Origin: Lingula anatina
Taxonomy: Eukaryota > Animalia > Brachiopoda
Length of the DNA: 64,000 nucleotides
Assembly (NCBI GenBank): GCA_051362555.1
Contig: CM120640.1
Span: 45,548,788 to 45,612,787 of the forward strand
Direction of reading: 5' to 3'
This document shows, piece by piece, positions 1 through 12,698 of the stretch (its first letter is position 1; each line of letters opens with the position of its first letter). Below the pieces are notes generated by a model. It made no database searches. It was not told the DNA's origin and saw nothing but the letters and a program-made list of their open reading frames with translations. The translations under genes and the position numbers were made by a program.

Positions 1-65
1 GAATTGGAAGCATAAGCACTGCAAGATATTTACAATGTACCGGTATGGGTCTATGACTTTCTTAC

Positions 66-1098
66 CGTTTCAAAGTTGACCTTAGTAAGAACTTCAATTC
101 TCTTTGACCTGGATTGCTCGTCTTTCAGATATTCTCCAGATCCTGAAATTGTTTAAAATAAATTGTCAAACAAATTGGAATAAATAGTAGAATTGCAGAG
201 TGAGATGGACAAGCTAAAGAGATCAAGCTGATTTAATCGCAAATTTCTGGCCCTATGATAAAGGCTTATGAGAGGGTACCACGTTTGTGTAAGCATACAT
301 GTACAACACACCAAACTCTCGATGAACGAGACACCCGTCTTTATCTGTCATAGGGTCGACATGAATGGAGAACAAAATGATAGTGGCTTACTCAGATTGT
401 GGGAAGAATTAAGTGCTTGGGTCAAATACAGAAAGAGCATAGTATAATGTATACATGTACCCTTAATACTGAGCATTCCGCTCTTTATTTTCAGTGACAA
501 TTCCCCGCCGACATTTAAGAAATCTCTTGCTTGCCGACTAGTTTCTACCATCTTATGAGAACTGGTTGTGCGCTGTTTGTTTATAATCTGCAAAATGGAA
601 AAGATGCAGTTTTATTTTCCAACACGCACAGATACATGTAGTAACTAATATGAAGATAAAAAATGGCAAGCATGCTAAAAAATTCTGTTTGAAAAAAAGT
701 ATAATTTAAGGCGAAAAAAAGTGATGGTTTACCATAGAACAATGTAAATTATGATCAAATATTAAAATTGTTTCATGATGGTACATTATCACAACTGAAC
801 AGTTGTTAGTCCCAGGTCACGAAATAACGAAGGAAAAGTCCCTCCCATTATTAATAACCCCTGCACTAATAGAATAATAGAAAACACTGGCACCATGCAT
901 GTATATAACTAGGTATTATAATGTTTCAGTATGTTCATTTCAACATAAAATCATAACTTTTGTATTTTATTTATGTATTTATATGCTCACAGTTGGTTGG
1001 AATCCCGCTGGAAAGATATCTGTGCCGACTTTGTCTGAAGTGATGTTAAACGTTCTTCCCAGTAACATTGGGATAACGTAGGGTAAAATGATGTTCAT
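66..1098 (-). CDS. Stonustoxin/verrucotoxin-like MACPF/CDC protein, unit A (5' part; continues beyond window start)
   Basis: Exons 1098-991, 587-461 and 142-66 join in phase (0,1) across GT-AG introns: MNIILPYVIPMLLGRTFNITSDKVG...DFLNVGGELSLKIKSGMLSIKGSGEYLKDEQSRSKRIEVLTKVNFET. This matches the recalled SNTX N-terminal pattern (PALGRPFTLG...SLKASFLGGLVEVGGSAKYLND...TLQYKATT). The start codon is uncertain (see fusion finding). Confidence 0.75.
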
Positions 1099-1844
1099 GG
1101 TGATGTCCTCAGCTAATCTAAATATGAATGCACCATGTGTAGGTAGTCTTAGAGATCAAATAAAATGTCAATATCGAGTCTGATTTTTTAGGAATTCTTT
1201 GGGTGAATTTAAAGCAATTTGTTGACTAGTCTTACTAGTACTCATAACATCACATCGCTACTTACGTTATCTGGGCCAATTCTAAACTATATCAAAGAAC
1301 ATGTACTTTAAACATACGCGTCTCTCAGCTCACTTAAAAGCGTTTTCTGCTTTGAAAAACTTAACCTTGGACAAATAGGTTCATGTGCTAAAAACGTACC
1401 TTCGAACCTGCTCGCAAAATGTCAACCGTGTCCACTATTTATTACTAGCGCGTGAAGTACGTCATGTCATATTAAAGAGACATGTGCATCTTTTCTCAGC
1501 ACACATATTGTCACCCTTGGTCACAAAGGTGTATTGCAGGGTTCACTGTGATCTATATTAGCGTATGCGATTATATAAGACACGTGACACAATATTGCTG
1601 GTGAAATAGGCTATTAAGATGAGACCGTTTATCAAATATTGTCCTTACGAGTAAGGACGAAAAAGAAACCCAACACAGTGTTGACATTTACACATCTAAG
1701 TCACAGTTTATTGCCTTACGTATACAAAATAATACCGGTGAACGTGATATTTTACTAAAGTCAATTTTTCTCTTATAGATTGTCGCTCAGTTTCAGTTAA
1801 ACTAAAGTAACAAATGTGCGTCCTTGCCAAGCTGCCAAAGTTTT

Positions 1845-4800
1845 TTACGATGCCAAAATCTGTGCCAGCTTTCTTGTGTAATAGAACGGAGCTCTAAGAT
1901 TCCCGTAGTAACTCCCAAGTGATTTGGTCTGGGAGAGAGTCAGCTGGGTAAATCTGTTAAGGGCGTTGGTCATTTGTGTCCTTATTCTGGTCAGCTCAAG
2001 CTCCAGTGAGTTCAGAGCACCTAGGCGGCTGGGCGGCTGTACCTGTAAATAAAAATATCCAACTAAACTTGGCAAAATAAATATAAGGCGTGCTAGACCA
2101 CGTACATGGAATGCATAATAGCATGCTCTTGATCTAAGCAAGTCTTATACTGCATGGCTATATATTCGCCATGTAGTAACTGTTTAGTATTTTCAAAATG
2201 TCCATTCCTTCCTAGTAAGATTACTTTAAAATTAAAAACACTAAGAGTCTAACACCTTATTACAACCTTTTAGATTTTGATTTGATGTGTTGAAATACCT
2301 TCTGCAGCTCTCTTTGGACTTGGTTCAGAACTGTTTCAACCTCATTCTTTTGGTCTGTCAGTCTTTTCATTCTGTGGGTGAAGACCGCGTTCATATACTT
2401 AAGATCTAGATAGATGCCAAAACTAAAGATTACTCACTGTCAGGAAAATTAATTAGAATTAAACACAATGCACGATATTGCCAGGCAATGCAATGACAAC
2501 TGTTGCAGTATTTAATGGGATGAGGGCTTGTTTCTTTCAATATATAACTTGTCTTGTCGTAACGGGATTTAGTAGAGAGCTACGTGCATTATTTAGGTTA
2601 CCAATGTGACAGTGTTGCTGCACACGTTTATTGTGCTCTTTTCGAGAATTTATTTCATGTGGCCAAACAGTCAATGTCAGCAAATTTTTAAATCAGTGAG
2701 AAGCGATGGGTGCTATTAGTTGTTAAATACACGCGAAATTGACAAAGAAAACGTAACAGTTTGAGTACCTGTCGACTCGGTATCAAACGGGGTGAGCAGA
2801 TATCCTGTGTGAAGACGCTCGTCACTCACGCTGATTTTCTTCAAGTCGGTGCCCACCTTGGCCATTTCTGCCTCTAGCTGCCTCACTCTCACTAGAGCTC
2901 TGTCATAGCCAGCTAGATCACAGCAGTATGACTCCTTGACACTGTTGCCAATAGATGAAATACGACGAATCTAAAACAAATAGATACGAAGACTGATAAG
3001 GTTTAAAAAAAAGACTTAAAAGTCTTGATGGTATTCAATTTCATGTATAAATACACTTGTAACTGCATGTCTAAAACAACTGATACTTATTAATACTCTG
3101 AAACGTTGTTTACTTTAGATTATGTGTAATGTTATTTCTTATCATTTTATTAGATTTGCACTAGATTCTATAAAGGGTATTTGTATTTTTCACCTTTATG
3201 TGCTAGTATATATTCAGGCCCCTCTACGCAAATATAAACTATGAAAATACTTGCATCAACACTTGCTGATCCTTTAAAATTAGTCTTCACCCATTCCATT
3301 TTTGTAGTTATGGTGAAGAACAGAAGTTTAATCTGTAATTGAAAAAAAACACAAACTTAATGATTACAGTGAAAATTATGTAGGAACCAAAAGAAAGGAA
3401 TATTCTATATCATCTAACATTTAACTTCGGTGCGTTTCAAATTTCTTTCATCCTAGTATAGTAATTTCGATTCTCTAAATACTTAACACGTAGGAAAGAG
3501 AATTATACCCTAAAAGGACTACTTTAGCAACGAAAAGGGACCTAAGTCACTTACTTTGATAGTAATTTCTACTTTCTTTTTCACTTCTTCAGAATTGAAG
3601 TTCAACTGTACGATCAAAGAGTCCTCGCCCCCGACCAAAATGTCACTGACATAGTATTTGGTTTGGTATCTACTTAAAGATCCAATATTGCTGCAATAGT
3701 TGAAAAATAATTTAGATTACTCAACAGTATTTCGTATATAATTTTTCTTGAATGACCACGATGTTCAATATAAGATTATGGGAAACGGGGATAATTGTAT
3801 AATGGTGCATACTGGTACAGTTTGCCAATACCAGATTCTGCATCTTTAGATTAGAAAAAAAAGAGAAAAATTTATCTTATTCTTAAAATCAATAGAGATG
3901 TCATATATCAATTTTCCTAAAAACCCAAAGTGTCAAAAAATCGTTAGTGTTTAAAACACCTGCTGGGTCGTGGATGACCTAATGTCCAAAACCCGCGCTG
4001 TGCTGTCACGTGGCCCATCATGGTAATACTGTTGGATTTGGCATTCAATGTCTCCGTGTAACGTGCCTATGGTAAAAGAAAAAAGGTATTCTATAAAGTT
4101 TTCTATCAGTACTTTTATTTATATACATGTTGAATATGTTGAAATAACTTACATCGAGGATGGATTTCTGTGATTGGACAGATTGGAAACTTAAGATTTT
4201 TTCTGCTGCTATACTGTGCTTGGTTAATGCTCCACGGAGAGCGAAACAAGAGGAAATCCTCATGATATAAACAAATTTCATCGGGCATGTAATAGAAACA
4301 GCCGCTTGGAAATCTGAGGGAAATCTGGGATATACCTTTTGTTATGTCTAATATATAACGGTTCGTCAAATGAAAATACAATTAATAGATAGGGATTGCA
4401 AAGTCAGGTAACATACCGAAACGGAAGCTCCGATGAGTCCCATAAATGAGACACCGACGCCGCCCATAACGGTCATCTCCCTAAAGATATCTTCCACCGA
4501 ATTGGCTTGCTTGTACGTGATCCTGGTTACGGGGTATTCATAATACTTTGGTGTTCCCCTGTACGGCGTCTTCACCGGACTAGAACAGCAGCACATGCAC
4601 ATGTTTATTGGTTCATAATTTTTGTATTTAATGCCACGATGTACTATTCTACAAGGGATATTTATGTTAAATGTGAAATAAAATATAAATCTAATTTTGA
4701 TCAAAATGTATCATTTTTGACATTTTTTTAAAATCTATTAATCCCCTCTGCTTTAACTGCCGATATACACTTGATCGGTGACATTTTACCATGACACTTC

Positions 4801-5290
4801 TCGACCGTTGATGGTCCGCGTCGGACACTCTCCAAGCGCCAGGTGCCGCTTGTACTTGTCAACATAGTCAATGGCTGGTAACTCTAAGACTCGCCCATTA
4901 CTAAATACTGGTGGGCTAAAAATAAATATTCACATATTTAATTAATTTGGGTACGATATGTAGCTCAGTTCAGCACCTTTTTGATAAACAAAAATACGCA
5001 ATATTTTTTTCTAGACAAGATGCATAAAGCGTCTTAATACTGCGGATAATTACACGAAACAGGGCATGGTGTCTGTGCACCGATTCTGACGTGAGTAAGT
5101 CCTATCTAGAGAATGTTCCATATTATTTCTTTAAAGTATAAAACATTATATTGTTCAACACCATGCAAAAGACGGTTGGTTAAAACTTTGGTAATTTTAA
5201 ATCGAACATCCTATTATCGAAAAAATAGCTTACTTACATTTCTTGAAAAAGTATAGTCAGTAAAACTAATACCAGGTGATTTACCACCAT
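1845..5290 (-). CDS. Secreted stonustoxin-like MACPF/CDC pore-forming protein, unit B, 389 aa, 9 coding exons
   Basis: Exons 5290-5238, 4915-4790, 4579-4417, 4066-3960, 3690-3555, 3332-3255 (GC donor), 2970-2769, 2405-2299 and 2042-1845 sum to 1170 nt with consistent phases and no stops. Signal-like MVVNHLVLVLLTILF. SNTX-like blocks: VLELPAI..HLALG, NSVEDIFREMTVMGGVGVSFMGLIGASVSARYTE, YQTKYYVSDILVGG (MACPF signature-like), GYLLTPF, then a helical tail. Probable non-coding first exon with GTGAGT donor at 5646. Confidence 0.75.
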
Positions 5291-5728
5291 CTTGTCAAAC
5301 ATTTCTGGCCTATTTATGTTAATACCTTATAACATTGTGAATCTTAACACCTGCTCTTACCATGTTATGTAAACAAAGTTTAAACTTTGATAAATACATA
5401 TTAAACTCCATGTGAAACAAACTACATTATCATAATCTCTTTTGACATGAAACATATACGTGCATACATGTATACCATGTTTATGAATATAAATCTGTGA
5501 TGCAAAAATACATTCTGTTGACCTGCAGGGTGAATTGTATTATTATCTGATATGAATTATTTAAATATTGTAGAGTCTCAACAAATGAATAAATAAATAA
5601 ATAAAAAGGCAGGATCAACTGATTAAACCATTGTGATTCAACTCACACATAACGTCATGTTCAGTCGTATAAATTTTCCCGCCACATAGCAAAATAAAAA
5701 AAAACGAATATGTGCGTTTAACTGTACT

Positions 5729-6723
5729 ATGGATAGATTGGTGTGTAGTCGCTGCTTCCAGTGTTTTCCTTTTGTGCAGGTAGTTTTATGCCAAAACAAT
5801 CGCGTCCCAGGTGAGTTAAGCCATTTTAAAAGATAAATATCTAAATCTGTCCTGTATTTTTCCGAAGTTGATTAGAGTATAGTTATTTTTATTCCATTAT
5901 CTACTACTGTTTTGTCCCTTATGAAGTTAGAGCGCAACTATATTCCTTCTCAAAAAGAGCACAAATGCATTTCACAGTGTTTTAATTCTAAGTAGCCAAA
6001 ACCAAACCCTTTCCCTTCCCTGCAGGTGGAATTCTTTTATGCAGATCATGTCATAAATTGCTACATCAAGATGGATTTCAAGATTCATGCCAAAACATGC
6101 CTTCAGCTGAAAAAATACGACATCTTTGCTACTGGTGCTATGGTCCAGAAGCAAAGGTAGCCTGTCCATTGTGTGGAACAAATGATGGTAATCTTTAGAA
6201 TATTCCTTTCCTGCTATTATCTTACTGTCTATTGGGTTGGCCATCCTATTTTAAGCAAAATATCACTTGGCTAACCTAGAAAAGGGTCTTTTAGAAGTTT
6301 TTCATTTTTGTATGAAATTCAGATAATTAAATCATATTTTCAAATAAACTTAGAATGTACTGTTAGACTAGATCTAAATAAATCACTGTACTACAGGCTG
6401 TCGAATTTTTTTTGTCAATTATCAGTTATAACGATGACGTCAGTTTGCGTTAATTTCTTTTGCGATCACTTCCCGGCAGTGACGTCACAATTTGCCGAGA
6501 AATCACACGCTGCAACAGATGAGGATTATAGAAAACAGATTTCTTCATAACCACTGATGAATGAAAATGTTTATATTAACATTATTACCATGAATATTTT
6601 AGCTGAACTTCATGTTGTTTTCTTTAATTGTTCAAGGCACGCCTGCTTTATTCTGCCTGCCTTGCAGCGAGGAAGTTCACCAGAATCACAAGTCACTTCA
6701 CTTGGAGCACCTCGTCTCCTTAG
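5729..6723 (+). CDS. Small spliced Cys-rich zinc-finger-like protein (84 aa if 2 exons, 99 aa if 3 exons)
   Basis: ATG in actATGg context. Exon 5729-5810 has a CAG|GTGAGT donor; exon 2 starts at 6026 after ccctttcccttccctgcAG (phase 1 match). MDRLVCSRCFQCFPFVQVVLCQNNRVPGGILLCRSCHKLLH...LCYWCYGPEAKVACPLCGTND: 11 Cys, four CxxC. Ends at TAG 6198, or splices at 6187 to exon 6668-6723. AATAAA at 6343 and about 6958. Confidence 0.65.
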
Positions 6724-7367
6724 TATAGAACATTTGTGTCCAATCTTAAACTACAGGATGAAAAGCATGAAAAGAAGTGACATACATCTTGAAAAAGAGC
6801 GAAGACCGACTGTGATTTGCTGAAGGTTCTTTTCTATCAGACACGAAATTAACCCATATGAAATTTAAACAAATGCAAATGTTACAAGTGTACAGCTAGG
6901 CTTCGTATAATAGTTTAACCCGGAGTACATGTAACTTCATGAACATGTGATATTTTGAATAAATAAATATTTATTTTAAATTCATACTGTTGAAATAAGA
7001 TTAATGTTCCAACTGAACAATTACTGTGCTTTAAACCGATCTTTATGGTGAGAGAAGTTAAAGTAACTTTTTACCAAGATTTAAAAGACAATTTTGTACC
7101 AAAAAGAAAGGTAAAGAAATCCTTTTACTCAGTACGATTCTTGATAGTACTCAGCAGTGCTACTAATTGCATTTTGTTAATTATAAATTGTGGTACTGAA
7201 TGAAGAAATACGCAAACCCTATTATTTCAAAATTTAATAAACAATTAAAATGAATAAAAAGTCGGTATGAACAAAATCTTCTTGGAAATCAAAGTCCAAC
7301 GTTAATGTAATAGGGGCCTACATGGCTAATGAAAGTATGTGAACAGCTTAATAAAACCTGTAGAGAT

Positions 7368-8843
7368 TTATATCGTGGCATTCATGTCTGATTTTCTTGG
7401 ACTTAAACCTAGTAAAGTACCGGAGTCACTCTCCGTTGCGGAGGGAATAACAATCTCGGCGTATTTAATGCATGTTTTTCGTGGTGATTCTTTCGGCTCG
7501 GCTGGTATCCTTGCCTGATTGTCCTTTGATAGTCTTAATTTCACAGCACCATCTTCTTTAGCAAAACACGGAACCAGTGATGGTTTCGGTTTCCTGGAAT
7601 TTTTTGTTTCCGTCTCAGATATCTGTTTGCCTGAAACTCTTGGTAATCCCATTTCTTTGCGAGGATTCAGTACAGACGGACGATTCAATTGGAAAAAGGC
7701 ATTGTTGGTCTCCAGGGGATCATGTATAGTATCCAAACTGAAATGATCTCTCACATTACCGAGAAATATCTTATGTACTTTATTGCTAGTTATCTCCTTA
7801 GGTGTGTGGCTTTCTAGGTAGTCCATTAACGGACGACCAGTTAGGAATGAATTTTCGATCAGTCGTCTTTGGTGCCCGTCGGTACTCATGAGAGACTGCT
7901 GGTATATGGAAATGTCATCTGCGATGTGTTTGCAAATGCTGCAGTCTTTTTCCGAGTAATATCTCAAAATGTCGTCGGTTCTTAGCATGTATTCTTGCAC
8001 TACGTTAGCGTTGTTCTGGTCGCCCTGGCTGTGGATTTGATCGCTGCCGCTTCTACTCGGTTGAAGACGGGGCGGGACACTTGGTGTCTCGGGATCCTCC
8101 GTGTTAGGAGGACTACCCGGTGGTAAACTATCGTTTCTTTGTTCGCCGTCCATGCCGCCCGGTACTTCACCGGGAAAGCTGTGATACGATTGATTATGCA
8201 GAGCGAGTGGGGTCTCCGTAACGTACTGGAACTGCATGGAGTTTTCTGGTGAAACGAATAGTTTCTTTACAACACGGGAAGCCGATCTTGGGACTTTTCT
8301 GGCGGGGAATCTTTCAGGGGTACTCTCCGGTTCTGGCTCATACGATTCCGGAATGTCTACCACTTTGTCCGAAAATCTAGGATCGTGGCGAATTTTGTAA
8401 TACAAGTTCCGACTGTCTGTGGTATATTCCCTGGTAGGAATAAATGGGTCATGGGATTTGTTGGCGGCACAATTTTCAAGAAGATTAGGTGCACTCTTCG
8501 CTCTTGTATGAGGCCGGGAGGGTATAACACTTGGGTGTTCGTTGATGAATGTTTTGGCTGAATTTACCCTCCCCTGTACCTTCATATGGTGAAGGTATGC
8601 TGACCGCCGACATGGAAATGCCGGATGTGCCTTTTTGAACAGACGTTCCTTGTCGCCGTGGACGAGGCTTTGATTAATGAGTGTAGATTCTCGGTCTTCT
8701 GAATCTGACAGCGACCGATTCGTTGCCTGTGGTTCCAATAAAAAATCACCTTTTTTCTCTCTGGGTTTTGGTTGTTCTTTCCGCTCAAGGCTGAGCTGGT
8801 ATCTTGGTGGCATTGACCTCCAAAGTGTCCACGGCGCCGACAT
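7368..8843 (-). CDS. Uncharacterised 491 aa Pro/Ser-rich, likely largely disordered protein, single coding exon
   Basis: 1476-nt open frame with raised GC in an AT-rich background; good ATG context (accATGt); no recognised domain; linear motifs RPHTRAKSAP and several SP/TP sites. Confidence 0.75.
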   Translation of the reverse strand: MSAPWTLWRSMPPRYQLSLERKEQPKPREKKGDFLLEPQATNRSLSDSEDRESTLINQSLVHGDKERLFKKAHPAFPCRRSAYLHHMKVQGRVNSAKTFINEHPSVIPSRPHTRAKSAPNLLENCAANKSHDPFIPTREYTTDSRNLYYKIRHDPRFSDKVVDIPESYEPEPESTPERFPARKVPRSASRVVKKLFVSPENSMQFQYVTETPLALHNQSYHSFPGEVPGGMDGEQRNDSLPPGSPPNTEDPETPSVPPRLQPSRSGSDQIHSQGDQNNANVVQEYMLRTDDILRYYSEKDCSICKHIADDISIYQQSLMSTDGHQRRLIENSFLTGRPLMDYLESHTPKEITSNKVHKIFLGNVRDHFSLDTIHDPLETNNAFFQLNRPSVLNPRKEMGLPRVSGKQISETETKNSRKPKPSLVPCFAKEDGAVKLRLSKDNQARIPAEPKESPRKTCIKYAEIVIPSATESDSGTLLGLSPRKSDMNATI

Positions 8844-11800
8844 GGTAACTTCTGTTCAAAATCGTCCTGTCTGTACGTACAATTATTAGTTCTGAAAATT
8901 ATGACACAACCGCTCAGCAAACTTCAGTTTTCATCATTATAGGTAAACTTGAAAATAATAATAGGCGAAACACAATCAATTAAACTTTTTTTGTCATCGT
9001 GTCGGATTGATTTACAAACGCAACCAAAAAATGACCCTTCGCCTCCAGCTGATTGACATTGGAATGTGATACACGCACAGTAAGAAACAAGCAAAGTTAA
9101 TCTTTTTCTTATGATAGTTAAGAACACGAAGTTACAAGTTCTCAAAATACCCACCTTCTACCAAGAAAGTGTGATTAATTCCAGAAGCAGTATCGGATTA
9201 ACTATATAAAACGTGTCATGTAGCAGCTCCTATGTTTTAACTTGTCACCGCTGCACCGTGTTAACATCCCCAGTTCTGTAACGTGTCTCACTGAAGTATT
9301 TGCTTGGCAGTAAATCAAGCAGAAGACGCCAACACTCCCTTTCAAATCTTCGCACATTAATGTTTATCCGGGGCCACTAATGGCCAGACATATCTTTTAT
9401 ACTCCAAGCCAGTATTGAGTCGACACTGAGCGTGCAACCGCTTATTGTATACAATGGTCACCGAACCAACGACGCAGACTAAATAACACAAGCAGCGTAT
9501 TAGAGGACGGTTTGTTCAATTTCGACGGTGCTTTAAGAGGCATATTTGTTTTTAAAGGGAACCTCGGTTTCTGCGTAGCAACAATCAACACTCCGGTGGC
9601 CAGTGAATAGACCCAATGCTGCTTCCAGCGGTAATAAATGAAAATTAAATGATCGATAATATTTGAGCAGTGCGAAATGTTTATAACATCACTTGAATTG
9701 ACGTGTTTAAAGAGTCAGCCTAGGGCGCTGATATTGCGCTGTAAGAGGTGGTGAAATAAACTTAGTTAGTCGCACCAATTTACCTTAATTCATGAATGTG
9801 AAAAATTGAAATGCAATTGAGACTTAATACACGTAGCCATGGTGATATATCGACAGCAACAGTTCAGGATTCCCATGAAAGCGAGCTGTAATTAAAAATT
9901 ATAAGAAAACAGAATTGGGTTATCATAAGTCTTAATTTATTAAACCGAACAAACATGTCGTACATGTATAATTTATGTCAATCTGTTTACAAGATACACA
10001 TTTTCTTCGTTAAAGCTTTCTATTGGGCAATTGGAAAAAAAACGAAACGAAGAGAAGGCGGAAATTGAAGTGAAATCATCATCTCACCTAACACAACGGA
10101 TATATTTCACGTAGTCTAAAATTGAAGGGAACAGTTTAAGAAAAGAATCAAAAGGAGTAGTCCAATAATTCACGGTGGTCTAAGTTCTAAAAGCATACAT
10201 GTAGTTATAGTTCTATTTTTCAAAGACATCTGCTATCTTTCAGCCAGGCTTCATTGAAGGAGGAAAACTCTTTTTCGTTGAACGGCTTTCAAAGAAATCA
10301 ATGATAAATCAATATTTTTCAGTCTAGACAGCTCGCTGGTGTGCAAAGACCACTCTGGTGGCGTTACCTACAGCGAGCCGCCGTACTGAAGTCTAACGAA
10401 TAATATTTCTCGAGTGTACAACTTGTCACGGGGCAGAAACAAAGAACATATTCCAGTATGTGAACTACACAAAAATTCGTTTCCGTTCTTCCAAAAGAAC
10501 TCTGGCCCAACACGGCCCTTCTCTATGCCAAGGTTGTGTGACAACGATATTTGCCGCGTTGCAATTTTTTTTCATACTTTCTGACATTGAAGTCTGTGTA
10601 AATACAATATATGTGACGATAAGATATGAATTAGACTCTCTACAGAACACCGCCTTGCAATTATGTGATACATGCACCCTATCTTTACGGTCCATTAAGT
10701 CAACTACCACGTAATTGTCGTGTTCCAAAATAGTTATTGGAATACGTTGGTATTTGTCTGATCACAGACAGTCCAGTTCATAAGAATAGATCGTCATGAA
10801 AATCACCTCATTTGGTCGAGAGTATTTATCAGAAATTTATGCTGTACAGCTTTCGAGCCGGCTTCTGCGCTACATGTGCTTAATTCCATAAAACATGAAG
10901 AGTTGTCACTCTAGCAAGGACACAACTAACGATGTGTAACCTCTATCAGCCTATTTGTAGCACTGTTATTTACACAATTCTCGGAACCATTAAAATACAA
11001 GACACGAATACTGTTTTCATAACACGCCCTTTAATTTCAAATGGAAAAAATCACGATTTTTATCAAGAAATTATACAAAATACATATGGCTTCTTTCTAT
11101 GATATGACTTTCTACCTTTGAAATACCTTTCCATCTAAATGCATGTAGCAATAGGTATAGTGGTTGCAATCTTAAACAGTCAAGGAAATTGCATAGGTAA
11201 ATGGTCTTCGTCTTTCTCATTTACCACCATTAGATTAGTTTTTTTTCTGATTGATCACCACGCCACAGTCGATAATATGTCCATCTTTTCTCTCATGATC
11301 AGGCTATTTCTGGAAGTGTCGAGAATGATGACCAGTATCGTCCATACGAAGCAACGTTTGTAACCAACCAAGGAATCCATCCTTGGAACAAATGCTTTTA
11401 AGCGATAAACCATGTCTGTATTAAACTATTTTATTTAACTTTTCATAATGGATATTGTTAACCGCCTGCCTGTCTCTAGTCATCCGTCTTTTACACTGTC
11501 CATGGATGGAAGTTCTTAACATTTAGTGGAGTGCACGCCAATTTATGCGAGTTAGAACAGTGAACTTTTTCTCGTCATTCTTTGGATATCTTCTTCTACA
11601 TTTGACATATTGAACGTGACTCTTCCGATTAGAAAATCCAATAAAACAACCAAATGGAAATAATTTTTCATTTTTTTATATGGTATACATGTATATACTA
11701 GAAAAAAGTAGACTCCGCATAACTGTCTTCATATACATGCATCTCAAATTATCGTGTGTCTCGAACAAATCTTGTGAAACAAATCAATGTTTTACTTGGT

Positions 11801-12698
11801 GTAAGCTAATATTAGGGTACATCGTATCGCACGGATGCTTAACTCCAACAAACTGCCCCTAGGTTTTATTGCACCTTAAATTGTCCATTATTAAAGTTTT
11901 GTCAGCAAATTTTGAAAATCGTCTTTTTACAAACCTACAGATAAGAATTATTGACGAAACGTGGTGAAATCTGCCTTAGAAAACACGTTAATGAAGACAT
12001 TTGAGATTTACTCTGTTCAAAGTTACATAAGTTTGCTCTGCCTTTCCAAAATGGGTTTACTGAACTTAAATGGATTTTTCACCCATTCTTCATTAAAAAA
12101 TATCTGTTCCTATAGCATTTTCCAAAATAGTTATTATTTACCCTACCTACCCTAAAATATAATCTACCCATACAAAAATAAAGCACATGATAACGTTTTC
12201 AATGGGCCAATTAACGTCAAATATCAAATGTATTTAATGTTTATTCAATAAATTGGAAAAGTGATGCTCAAATGAAAATATAACAACGCGGACGTATGGT
12301 CACAAGTGAGAATGCACACTTAACACAGACACACAATTTAACTAATATCAAATGATTATAGAGGACAAGGCTAGGCCTGATAACTGATTTAAGCAATAAT
12401 GGAATAAGGATGACAAGTCTTGTTTGTAATTCTTGTATAGACTAGTAACGGTAAAACATGAGGAAAGTGAGGTAGACATGCATGTGCGATTTTCGGTCAA
12501 GCCATTACAAGAGCAATAGGCCTACATTTCAATTGAGTAAAGATGGTCAGTCAAATTGCCGGTAATAGTAATAATAATGATAATAGCAATAATTATTATG
12601 ACGATAATGAAAATGAAAATGGTAACACAGATTTACACGCGTCTATATGGCAAATTATACCGAATATTCATGGTTTTATATATCTTTATCATAAAGTT

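Noticed and set aside
5972-6244. 90 aa minus-strand ORF
   Set aside because: Antisense shadow of the plus-strand CxxC exon, which has splice-site support.
6435-6487. Two perfect TGACGTCA (CRE) sites
   Set aside because: They lie in AT-rich, MITE-like intronic or 3' sequence; nothing supports a promoter here.
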